From Sphyrna mokarran (lineage: Eukaryota), in NCBI GenBank assembly GCA_024679065.1, contig JAGIQG010000016.1, forward strand, positions 31,000,001 to 31,064,000: 64,000 bases of DNA, read 5' to 3'. The translations under genes and the position numbers were made by a program. Shown here one piece after another: positions 37,812 through 49,763 of the stretch. Under the pieces are notes generated by a model that saw only the letters and a list, made by a program, of their open reading frames with translations, was not told where the DNA came from and did no database searches. Each line of letters starts with the position of its first letter. Positions within the stretch are counted from its first letter, which is position 1.

Positions 37812-38690
37812 AATAAAACAGAAAATGCTGAAAAACATACATGGCAGGTCATGATAGTATCAGTAGAGTGGGAAACAAAGCAACGTTTCAGGTTTGTAAT
37901 CTATGAGAAAAGTTAGAAATGTAACAGGCTTTGAGCAAGAGGTGGGTGGGACAAGGGAAAACAGGAAGACCTATGATAAGTTTGAAGACATGGATAGTGG
38001 GATGACAAAAATGTTAGTTCTCCAGGATCAGAGAGAATGGAAATAGCGCAAGAAAAGAAACAAAAGGTGCACCCACAGTAGGTGTGCTGCTGTCTGGATA
38101 GAATAAAAATAAAATATGCAAAGACAAAGAAACAAATTGGAGGACCAGATTTTAAAGTCTGAAATTGTTAAACTCAATAGATGGCATGGTGGCACAGTGG
38201 TTAGCTTTGCTACTTCACAGCGCTGGGGACCTGGATTCAATTGCAGCCTCGAGTCACTGTCTGTGTGGAGTTTGCATATTCTCCCTGTGTTTGCGTGGAT
38301 TTCCTCCGGATGCTCCCGCTTCATCCCACAGCCAAAGATGTGGGTATTAGGTTGATTGGTCATGTTCAATTGACAGGGTATATAGGTGGAGTTACAAGGA
38401 TGAGCTTGGGTGGGATTGTGGTCAATGCAGATTTGAATGTCATCCTTTTGCATTGTAGGTTTTCTATGATTCTATGATGAATGTTGAGCCCAGAAGACTG
38501 TAGATTTCCTAATTAAAAGTAGAGACATTGTTCCTCAAGCTGATATTGAGCTTCGCTAGCGCTGAACATTAGGCCAAGGACTGAGAGATTAGCGTGAGGA
38601 CAAAAAGTATACTTTAAATGATAGGTTTGGGATCATACATGTGGACCAAATACAGGTGTTCTGAAAAGTTGTCACTGACTTGATTGTAAT
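37812..38690 (-). mobile_element. Penelope-like 3' portion with an HE1 SINE (+, 38180-38478) inserted
   Basis: End 'aaaacagaaaatgctgaaaaa...ggcaggtc...aacgtttcagg' and body 'ttgttcctcaagctgatattgagcttc...aggtgttctgaaaagttgtcac' are homologous to 24193-25240. Confidence 0.7.
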
Positions 38691-38987
38691 GAAAGTTTCA
38701 CTGGTCTAGCCTTCCTTCAGAAACCTGCCAAATGAAAGCTGGCATTTCAGAGAGGCAAGGAAATGCCTATTTAAATGTTCTTTGACTTCCAGGGGACAGG
38801 ATCGATCTTGGAGACTTCCTTGTGTATAAACAGGGCATAGCTGAGTGAGTTGAGGGATGGGGCACCAGGCAAGAAGCTCACATCCATGATGCTAAGAGGC
38901 AAAAATGAACAGGGCACATTTGAGGTGCAGAAGGACCATTCCTTAAAGTCATATCACAGACCTGAGGGACTGTAGTGAACTCTCTGC

Positions 38988-39335
38988 AGAGGCAATGACA
39001 TAGTGACTAGTAATCCAGTGAGCCAGGATAATGCTCTGACTAATGTTCAAATCCCACCATAGCAGATGGCAAAATTTGAATTGAATAAAAAAAATCTGGA
39101 CATAAAAGTCTAATGATGACCATGAAACCATGGTTGATTGTTGTAGAAATCTGGTTCTCTAATGTCTTTGTGGAAAGGAAATCTGTTAACTTTATCTGAT
39201 CTGGCCTACAGAGCCACAGCAAAGTGTTGACTCTAAAATTCTCTCTGAAATGGTCACAGCAAGCCATTCAATTCAAGGGCAATCATGGATGTGCAGAAAA
39301 TCCTGGACTAGTCACATCCCTTGAATGAAGGAATG
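38988..39335 (+). mobile_element. Second-family tRNA SINE
   Basis: 'ggcaatgacatagtgactagtaatccag...gttcaaatcccaccatagcagatgg'. Confidence 0.8.
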
Positions 39336-42300
39336 AAAGGCTGGATGTAAGAACAGATAGAGATATTGACAAAATGGGACTCATCCATCCAGATTTTTCT
39401 GCATTTTCATGGGGGGTGGGGTAGGAGATGCCAAAAAACACCAATTCCACACCCATCAGTGCAGAGCACCCACCAGCTATGATAAATGGTCAGAGAGCAA
39501 AGCGTGATGCATATTGGGAAAACTTACTTGCAAATTCAGAGAAGTAATGATCTGGCAGACAGACACTGACCTCTGCTCCCTAATGTAACATGCCCAGTGC
39601 CCAAGGCCTACAGAAAGTTCCTGTTTCCGGTGGTTCTGGAAGAGACTGCAACTCTTAACCTCTACGCCTGTGGTTCCTTCCAGGGAACAGCAGCTAATGC
39701 ATTGCACTGTCATAATAGCTGAACCAATCTGTCTTGTTTCAAGTATAGGTATATCTAACTTCAGTGCACAAGTTACTCCTAGAGTTGGTATATTTCCCAA
39801 AACACCACAATGCCAAGCCTATCTGTATAACCACATGTTTCCATGTGGCTAGCAGCCTTTTCCTGGATTATTTTGATATCTGTTCCACTTCTTGCCATCC
39901 TATTGTGTAAGAATTTTAAATTTAAAATGGTGTGGCTGAAAAACAATTAAACAAATTTATCTGTTAGAAGAAATATTTTCTTTCTATATCTTTGATAATA
40001 TTTGAATAGTAATGACTTCAGCTAATTTGTTTCACTGTGTCATAAGAATGACTTTCTTCATATCATATCTCTGTGCCCACTGTCACTCAACACCACCACG
40101 TATGCCTCTTTCATTTCCAAAAATTGTCTTTTGTTATTACTTTTCAGTGATACGTTTGATGCAATTTTCCAAGACATGACATTTGTGGCTAAGATTTATT
40201 ACCCAGTTCTTTTATCTCGGGTTGTGCCGAAGGCTGCCTGATGCATCGAAAGGTCCTCCTTTCAATTCACAGGGACCTCAATGGCCCAGTGATTGAAAGA
40301 GAATTTGTAGTTCTGGCATTTTGCCAATGTTTTCAATGATTCATGATTTGACTAATGAAAGTTTTGTCACTTGTATTAATGTGTGCTTTATTAGCTGCTC
40401 AGGAACATTAGAAGGAGCTTTGGAGGAAATCGCTAGCATTGGATGGTTTCCTGTTGCTTCTGTTCCACATCATTGGCTTGCTGGAATAGATCACAGCACA
40501 ATTACAGTGCCTCATCATCCACACTGGCATTTGTTAAAAGTTATAATGAATAGGGTTATTACTTCTTTTATATGGAATTAGACACAATTCTCTGAGTTTG
40601 GAGCCCAAACATAAAGCTCAAACTCCCTTAAACATGGGACACACATCTTTTTGACATGTCATTTCCCACTATTAAAGGGATAATTTAATGGATTCATAAA
40701 AAATTGAAGAGATGAGCACCCGCATCTCACTCTCAGCGACGGTAAGATCTGTGCCAGACGAACAACATTCAAAACTGCCCTTGGCAGCCAATTACCCAGA
40801 CTCTGCAGAAAAGCATTCTTGCATCTCAGCATTAATTGTGCATTATTATGTTCCATTTGCCATCAAAACTGCCTTAATGTCTGCACTTTGGAAAAACAAA
40901 AGCCCTCAAGTGATTACTTGCCACAGTTACTGCTGAAATGTTGGCAGTGAAAAAGTTAGAAGGAAAGTAGAAGCCAATTACATGATTAGGAGACTCTAGT
41001 GGAACAATAAACTACAGCATGGCTGATAAGGTTCATTTTATCATCCACGCCCAGTGACATTTATAGCCACTTTATACTCTTGTTCCCTAAATTATTTTAT
41101 ATAATTTAGTGATTCTTATCATCTAAACTTTAATAAACAATGGCAACTTTCTCTTCTCCAGGCTATTTCTAATCTCGACTGTTTGGCCTGTTTCTTTTGT
41201 TTGACCTTGTTCAGTATGTCCTCCTTAGAAAATTATAGCTGGCAGTAGCAATAAATTAACCTTTAAAGTAACAATCAAAATAACACCACAAGAACAGAAA
41301 TAGCAGGGACAAAGCTGGTGAAATTGTGCATAAGTTACATCAAATCAGTTCGCTTTTTGTAGATTCTGCAATGATCTATTTCAAAACACTTTTGTGAGAT
41401 ATAGAAATAAGCAGTGTTCATTTTGATTAAGAATCATAATTAAAATTGTGCAGAATAATAATCCTGCATCTTCTCCATGGTATAATGGGTAAGGACATGT
41501 GTGCTGTGGACATTGTCCCATACCGGGGTATTGGGGTAAGTGGAGGGGTGGGGGGAGAGGGGGGAAGGGTGGGGCATTGAGTCCAGAACAAGGAATCATA
41601 GGCTGGATTCTCCAACCTCAGCTGCAGCTGGAGTTTTCTGAACCCACTGCAGTGAATGGAGATTTAGCTAAGTGTCAAATTCTCCATTCTCACTCACAGT
41701 GGTAGTGAGGTGTGCAAAACCGGGGAACTCTGAGGATGATCTTAAGGTTGAAGATAGATGGTATGATTTTCAATTTGGGTTCTATAAGTAATGTGGGTGT
41801 AAATTACAACCTAAAATTTGCTAGTTTGGAGAAGTAATTTTCTTTTACTTACATTTCTACAGAAACTCATTTGGGTGTCATCACAAATAAAATCTGCCAT
41901 TACCTTGTTAATTGTTTCAGGCTGTAAAAAAGTTATTTAAAAATATTATTTGATATGTTTAGGAGTAATAAACTGGCACAATTTAATATGAATGAAAATA
42001 GGTTTCTTGTATCATGAAAAATAAGCATTTGTGTCTAGTCCTACACTTGTGAATAATTCTTTTCTAAATGAATGAAAACTACTTTTAAAAAACTGTATAG
42101 AAACAGTTGTGAGCTATCAGTATTGTTTTTATTGCTTTGCAATAAAGGGCAGGTTCAACACCTCACCATGGGTAGGGAAAAGAAGCAGCACTCAGATCCA
42201 TCCCAGTGGAATCGGTGCCAACAATGAAGTGTTCAATCCCCATTTACACCAACTCCCAATGGGAAGGGGGATTGAACACAATATTGTTGCCACCAATTCC

Positions 42301-43491
42301 AGTACACAGTGGCCATCCAGCCTACTGAGCCATCTATCCCCTTCACAAATACCCATATTGCTATGGCAATATGCACTTTTGTATGTATGTTGTAGCCAGG
42401 TTGTAGTTATGGTGAAGGGTCAAATTTCTTACCACCATATGGCTGACCTCTCCCTCCCTTACTGAATGACATTGATGTGAGTTGCAAAGATTTATAAGTT
42501 GATACTCAACCTATCTGATTGCATTATGAACTATTCCCATGGCCACAAGTCTAGTCAGCATCTTTGATAAGTGAAAAGCATATTCAAATGTTTTAAAAAT
42601 GTGACATGTCATGCTGCCTCAAAGAACCAGATTAATTTAAAACTCATCTTAATAAGCATAAGGCCACAAATAATGGAGATTCTGATTGTTGGATAACTTA
42701 ATTTGGGGTATGACCAGTTTTGTTGGTGGGGTAAAAGATTATCACCCCACCAAAAGATTGATTTGTGCTGATGGCAATTAATGTTTGAAGTTCTGTACTG
42801 TTTTGCCTGACTTAAAGAAATTTGCTAAGAAAAAAACACAATGGAGTAGCAAGTCCAATGTAAGCTTTTCAAAGGGTACATCAAAAGACACTTCTTCAAA
42901 TAAAAGGGAGAAATATGCTCTCTCCTAAAATGGAAGCAATGTCAATTGAAAGTTTCAAAACTGATTGAATGAGTTTTGATAGGCAGGGGTAATAAGTATT
43001 ATGAAGCCAAGATGGTGGGTTAGGGTCCCAGAGCAGAACCCCAGGATATATTATGAAAGCAAAGAGATCCCAACATTTTTTTTAAATTTTGATACAAATA
43101 TGAGAAAAGGATGTTTCACTCCAGGAGTGATTCCATTGACAATTTGGGATCTTTTATAAAAATAAACTTTATTCACAGAATCATACAATCATAGAATGAA
43201 GAACAGGCATTTGGCCCATCAAGTTTGCACCAATCACAATCCCCACCCAGCCCGCTTAAACACTTAAGCTATGTAACTGCGTAACACAGTTTAATATAAC
43301 TCTGACAAAATGAAGCAATTAACTCTTAATAGTAGAGCAATCATAAAACATGAAAAGAATCAACATTTATTTCTAATATCACCATTAGGTTCCAAATAAG
43401 CAACATTATTTTTATAGACTTAAAACACACATTAAATATAGTTAGCAATCAGAAATATACTTGCTATAATGTGTATAGACAGCCTTTTTTG

Positions 43492-44122
43492 CTTTGATTT
43501 GATTTATTATTGTCACATGTTTTGGCATACAATGAAAAGTATTATTTCTTGTGCACTATACTGAGAAAACATATCATCCACAGAGAAGGAAACAAGAGAG
43601 TGCAGAATGTAGTGTTATAGTCACAGAGTGTAAAGAAAGATCAACTTAATTCAAGGTAGGTGAATTCAAAAGTCTGATGGCAGCAGGGTAGAAGCTGTTC
43701 TTGAGTCAGTTGGTATGTGACCTCAGACTTTTGTATCTTTTTCCCAACAGAAGAAGGTGGAGGAGTGTATGTCCGAGGTGTGTGAGGTCTTTAATTACGC
43801 TGGCTGCTTTGCTAAGACAGTGGGAAGTGTAGATAGAGTCAATGGATGGGAGCCTCCTTCACATGATGGATTGGGCTACATTCACAACTTTTTGTAGCTT
43901 CTTGCGGTCTTGGGCAGAGCAGGAACCATACTAGGCTGTGATACAACCAGAAAGAATGCTTTCTATGGTGCATTTGTAAAAGTTGGTGAGACTTAGTGGA
44001 CATGCCAAATTTCCTTTATCTTCTAAGGAAGTAGAGGTGTTGGTGGGCTTTCTTAACTATAGCATCAGCATGTGGGACCAGGACATGTTGTTGGTGATCT
44101 GGACATCTCAAAATTTGGAGCT
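43492..44122 (-). mobile_element. Rex1/Babar-type LINE 3' end
   Basis: (TTTGA)n tail on +; reverse complement homologous to 32035-32560; ORF 44016..44210 ends HADAIVKKAHQHLYFLRR. Confidence 0.85.
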
Positions 44123-45001
44123 GAATCATGGAATCCCTACACTGCAGAAATGGGCCGCTCAGTCCATTGATTCTGCACTGACCACAATCCCACCGAGGCC
44201 TCAGTCCCATAACCCCACATATTTACCCTGCTAATTACCTGACACTAGGGTCAATTTAATATGGCCAATCAAAGTAACTCGCACAACTTTGGACTGAGCA
44301 TTGAGGGAATGAATGCCCTAGTAGGGTGAACACAGCTGCTGGAGCGACAAATGCCAGATAACTGTGTGACATATGGAGATAAGTTTATCACATCCGCAGG
44401 CGGCATCATGTAGGAAGATGACACAATCACATATGATTCAGAATTGAAAAGATCCCGGTCTCAAATGAGTGAGAATGCAGGCCCCTGCTGGTGCTATGCT
44501 GTGGCAAGTGTACCAAGCACAAATTATCAGATTATAAAGCCATCTGGTCAGAGATAGTAGCCAGACTAGTTAAAATTTGAATTGTCTGATTATAAAGAGC
44601 CTGACAAATGGCCACATTACTTCTGTTTCTGTGTTCCAAACAAAGCCATGTTAATCCCAGTCCAGTTGCAGCCTTTTCTGAGATCTGAGATAGATTCTTT
44701 AAAACACACGACGCATTTTAAGTTGAGACAGGGATCAGGCAAAAATGGATAGACATGGATGACAACTTGTCTTAACTTTGACAGGGAATAGCTCAGGTGA
44801 GTAAATGTGAAGGCCTCAGCTGCATGCTTCTTTGTTAAGTTGCTTGACCAGAACCGACAGAGGTGGGCAGGCAGGAACAGAGTAACTTGCAGCTGGACAC
44901 CACTGCCGGAGGCCAAAGGAATGACATTAATATTTGTTAAATCTCAGAGGGGGATGTTATCAAAGGCCTGGTGTAAAATTCGATTCGATTCGATTCGATT
45001 C

Positions 45002-45351
45002 ACCTAATCGAAACATATAAGATGATTGGAGGTATAGATAGGGTGGATAGTGATAGCCTTTTTCCTAGGATGGAAAAAGCTAGCACGAGGGGACACAGCT
45101 TTAAATTAAGGGGTGATAGTTATAGGACGGATATCAGAGGTAGGTTCTTTACCCAAAGGGTGGTTCGGGAGTGGAATGCCCTGCCTGCAGCAGTTGTAGA
45201 TGCGCCAAGTTTGGTGGCGTTTAAGAGGTTAGTTGATAAGTATATGGAAGAGAAGGGAATGGTTTAGTTTGGAGGGGCATTGCTTTTTATACTGGTCGGC
45301 GCAACATCGAAGGCCGAAGGGCCTGTTCTGTGCTGTAATGTTCTATGTTCT
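45002..45351 (+). mobile_element. Young CR1 3' end
   Basis: ORF 45022..45267 GIDRVDSDSLFPRME...FFTQRVVREWNALP; CpG-intact tail 'ggtcggcgcaacatcgaaggccgaagggcctgttctgtgctgtaatgttctatgttct'. Confidence 0.9.
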
Positions 45352-45939
45352 AAAAGGGATGTGGGACGGAGCTGGTTTAAACTTTCCTGGTGGAGCCTGA
45401 AGGAACATTTTTGCTCTATCCAGCTCCACGTGGAATTTTGAAGAAGAGAGAAAAACCTCCTGCTTAAGCTGCTCCTGGCAGTAAATCTTTCTTTCTTCAT
45501 TGAACTTGAGCTGCACATTTAAAAAAGAACCCCAGTGGTTGTCCTTTCTGCCTACACAAAATAGTAGGTTGGTACTAATGACCATAAGAATAGAGCTGAA
45601 TGTTGGCAGGCATATCTCACTGTGTATTCTAACTGCCTGTCAAGCTGTGGTGGGGAAAATTGATTTGAGTTTCTGTTCCCCATTGTTATCCAACAACTTT
45701 TGGCTAAAAGTAGACATGTACAGATCTTTGTTGCTATTCACAACTGAAGTTTGCTGATAGTTGCTGTTGTGTCTCATATACATATGGTCTGGACATTGTA
45801 GCAAGATGCTAGATACACTAGCTCCCTGTTTTTTCAGTGAAGCTTTAACCCATTCTGAATCATTACTTTCACTAAAGATAGAAAAAGAATATTAAATTAG
45901 AGTAAGACTGATTGGTAAAGCATGCTTCAAAAAAAGAGT

Positions 45940-46530
45940 CATGCTGAAGGTTTTCATCTTGTATTCATCAGGACATTTCACAAGAATGCCAATATTTGGA
46001 GAAAATGACAATTTAACAATTTATACTGGATAAGAAGAGCATGCTGATGGGTTGGCAAGTAAACTCTGATTACTAAAGGCATTGCCATGGAAAATGCATC
46101 AGTTGTTGGTGATTGACAGATAACTGCAAAGCATTGTTTGAAACTTAAACCAGGCAGGCTTGACTCTAGTCACGGCATTGCCCTAGGGAATTAATCAGCA
46201 AATGACTGCCATTTACTTTATTCCGTTAAAACAGGCACAATGTGTGTATATGTTCTTTATGTCTGCAAAGAGTAGGACCATTTTGTATCAAGAAAACTTC
46301 CAATATATGCAAATACCTCACATGGTAAGTCTGGTTGACTACCTTAAATTGGTAAGCAAAAATTCTCAGCATACTGAGGATTATTTAGGGAATGTTGCCA
46401 GACCACAGAATCATGCCCAATGTTGGACACCATATTTTGACTTTCACAAGCACATGATGGCTGGATACAGTCTGTACCTTGCCCATTCAGAATATCAGTT
46501 GGATCATGCTGTTGAATACGACATTCAGAT
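45940..46530 (-). mobile_element. Third Penelope-like family, endonuclease C-terminus and 3' UTR with a degenerate hammerhead motif
   Basis: Minus translation RIQQH...DSVVWQHSLNNPQYA...FKVV...LHILE...GPTLCRHKE..TLCLF*; 3' motif GTC-CTGATGA-ATACAAGAT-GAAA-ACCTTC at about 45943-45974. Confidence 0.7.
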
Positions 46531-46904
46531 CTTAGGGAAGATTTTTATTTAATGACATAAAGTTAGATATTTTCTTTAATATAGAAAGATGTTCCAAGGC
46601 ATTACAAAAAGATAAGGATTCTGAGGCATAAAAAGAGATTTTAGAAGGGGTGACTAAAATTTGGTCAAAGAAGCGGGATTAACGAAGGGACTTAAGGGAA
46701 AGGAGAGACAAGAAAAATTTCTGTGTTCTATACACTTCTTCAGTACAAATAAAAATAAACTGCATTTAGCCGATGGCCAGAATTCTCTCGTCTCAGGTGC
46801 CCTACTACCAAGAACATAATACTTGATGCTCAGCCAAATCTCCATTCACTGCAGCGAGACTGGAAAATCTCAGCTGTGGATGAGGTTGAGGAATTCTAGC
46901 CAAT

Positions 46905-47300
46905 ATCTTTTATAAGCTAAAGAGATTTCAAAGCAGATTCTAACCAATGGAGTAATGTTTATTGAAGTGCAGTCACTATTTTATGATGGGAGATGTGACA
47001 ACAAAGTTGCACACAGCAAGGTCCCACAAACAGTAATGATCTAATGACCAGATAATTTGCTTCAGCAGCATAAGGTGAGGGATAAATATTGGCAAAGGTT
47101 GAAGAAGAACTCTTTGAAAAATGTCATGAATCTACATACCTAGCAGAGAGTGTAGACAAAACTTTGGTTTAATGTTACACCTGAAAGTCAGCACCTTGTA
47201 CATTGCAGTACTCCATATGTGGGCACTGAGGATGCCAGCCATGTTAAGCGCTCAGGTCTCTGGAATGAGACTCATGATAGAGTGCAAAACATCAGGCTCC
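46905..47300 (-). mobile_element. Degraded Deu-SINE-like element
   Basis: 'ttgcacacagcaaggtcccacaaacagtaatgatctaatgaccagataat' is the reverse complement of the Deu core. Confidence 0.6.
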
Positions 47301-48280
47301 TGTCAAGCCAAAAGTAAATTAAGATTGAGAAATGTTTCCGAACTGTATAGCCATACAACTGGCAGTTTCAATTCTCAAGAATAAATGTTACATTAGAAGC
47401 AAACTCCTAAGCTATAATGTAATCTAATTACTTTGCTTCATTATGCAAATGTTGACAGTTGCCCGTGATTTACCGCCATCACTACTTTGCATTTTAATTT
47501 GGTTTATCGTAATCTGCATATGTTTTGTTTGGCTGTGAAGTGAAATATTTTTGGGTGTAAGATAGGATGCTGTATGGATAGGCACCTCTTTATCCACAGA
47601 TTCATCCAAATTTAATTTGCCATGTTACTAAAATGTTATAACAGGGGGACACCGACATGTACCGATTAAAATGCTCCACATTTGTGTTGCTATGTGTTTT
47701 CAATATTGGGCCTGGCTCACAAGGAAATCCTCAGTTATGCAGGTGACATGCTTCATGAATCTTCAGAGCCCTGAGAGGAGCATCTCTGGATGTAAAACGA
47801 GCTCGTCAGACTCCGTGTGTAGAAAGGAGAGAAGTTATTTTCAAATTTGATGAGCTTGAAGCAAACCATTGCTTCTTAAAAACTCCACAGTATCAAAGAA
47901 TTGCATTTCTTTTCTGTCTTAGAAAGTAATTATCTATTTATGATCTGAATTGTATGGAAAGGTAGTGGCCTAATGGTATTATTACTAGATTATTCATCCA
48001 GAAACTCAGCTAATGTTCTCAGGACCTGAATTCAAATCGTGCCATGGCAGATGGTGGAATTCGAATTTCATTAAAAAAATATGAAATTAAGGACCATGAA
48101 ACCATTGTCTATTGTCAGAAAAACACATTTGGTTCACTAATGTCCTTTAGGGAAAGAAATCTGTCACCCTTACCTAGTCTGGCCTAGTGATGATGTAGAG
48201 ATGCCAGCATTGGACTGGGTAAACTGAGTAAGAGGTCTGACAACATCAGTTTTAAATCCAAATGATTTATTTGATAGTAA

Positions 48281-48321
48281 ATTTGCTAGCTTTCGGCCTT
48301 TGTAGCCTTCGTCAGGCGAAT
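48281..48321 (-). ncRNA. Minimal type I hammerhead ribozyme motif
   Basis: AUUCGC-CUGACGA-A-GGC-UACAAAG-GCC-GAAA-GCUA^GCAAAU: intact core, stem I and stem II pair, palindromic AGCU in place of stem III. Confidence 0.75.
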
Positions 48322-48420
48322 GAGGTGTTCTGGTCTGCAATAGCACACATATCAGCACAGACAGTTCACAGATTGAACTGTCTGTGCTGATATGTGTGCT
48401 ATTGCAGTCCAGAACACCTC

Positions 48421-48461
48421 ATTCGCCTGATGAAGGCTACAAAGGCTGAAAGCTAGCAAAT
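48421..48461 (+). ncRNA. Minimal type I hammerhead ribozyme motif
   Basis: AUUCGC-CUGAUGA-A-GGC-UACAAAG-GCU-GAAA-GCUA^GCAAAU; predicted cleavage after 48455. Confidence 0.7.
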
Positions 48462-49763
48462 TTACTATCAAATAAATCGTTTGGATTTAAAATTGGTGTT
48501 GTCAGACCTCTTACTATGTATGATTCCAGAACCACAGTAATGTCGTTGACTCTGACCAAGGGCAATCAGGGATGGGCAATACATGTTGGCCAGCCAATGA
48601 CACCTATGTCCTATGAGCAAATAAAAAATAAGAATTTAAACACTGGGGAGTTGAGGGGGTGTAGGGGATGCGGTGGAAAGTGCTGGTCACAGTGGTGGCA
48701 TTGGAGGTGGGTACCATTTCCACATGAGTGACATGTAGCTGGCCAATCAATGGACTGACCAGGGAGGGAAATGAGACCCTGATCAGTGCCAACAGATTGA
48801 AAGGCAGCCATTTTTAAATTGTTGCCTGTCCTTCATACAGTGTTACTTTGTTACTGAAGATTCCATCAGCATCAGTGCTGAAGACCCTGGTAGTTAAGCT
48901 CCGGAATTCTCCACCCATGTGGATCAACTATAGACCCAATCGCTGGAATTCTACTTTCCCGCTGGCCACATAATTGGAGCAGGCGAGGGGCAGACAATAG
49001 ATATGTTCATTGACCTCGGGCAGGATTTTCCAATCTCGAGTCGAGCAAGGCCATAAAATCCCACCCACTGTGTGGACAGAGAAGCTGCTAAACCATGACA
49101 GGTGGGAGCCATATGTGGAACCAAGGCTTAGTGATAAACTTCCTTGCAGTTCTCTTCCAGATTGCATGAAAAATGCAGAAGCTTCTTTTGCCGTGGGATA
49201 ACAAGAGGAGCCTGACTCGACCAACACAGAGGGTATCTTCCTGTCATTGTGGCCTATTGAAATAAGCTGTCTGGTAATTCACCCAGGTCTCCAGTAACTG
49301 CATGCTTGCCCAGTTCCTCTCTTATTGCACCATTAGGTGCATCAGGCAGGCGCGGGGTTTACTGTCACTCATAAATTCTGAGAGTTTGCTGTTTCTATCT
49401 TTTGCTGCCCCTTCCTTGCCCTCATAAGGACACAACAAATAGGAGCAGGAACAGACCACATGGTCGGTTAAGTCTAGTCCATCATTCAATATGATCATGG
49501 CTGATCTTGGTGTTTACCCTCTACTCTTCATATCCCTTAATTCTCTGAGAGACCAAAATCTGTTTATCACAGCTATAAATATATTCAATGATGGAGTATC
49601 CAAACCCTCTGGGGTAGAGAATTATGAAGATTCTCAATCCTTCCAGTGGAGTAATTTCTCTTCATTTCAGTCCCCCTATCCTGAGTCTATGTTTCCATGT
49701 TTTAGACTCCTCACGTGGTGGAATCAATCTCTTAGCATTTACTCTATTAAAATCATAGCATCA

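Larger units (their letters stand above)
48188..48515. mobile_element. Penelope-like palindromic insertion (142-bp inverted arms, 5-nt spacer, tail on the left only)
   Basis: Arms 48227-48368 and 48374-48515 with 6 mismatches; tail 'gatgtagagatgccagcattggactggg' at about 48190-48226. Confidence 0.9.
47957..48630 (+). mobile_element. Second-family tRNA SINE interrupted by a PLE palindrome
   Basis: 'ccttacctagtctggccta' resumes as 'tatgattccagaaccacag' after 48515. Confidence 0.8.
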
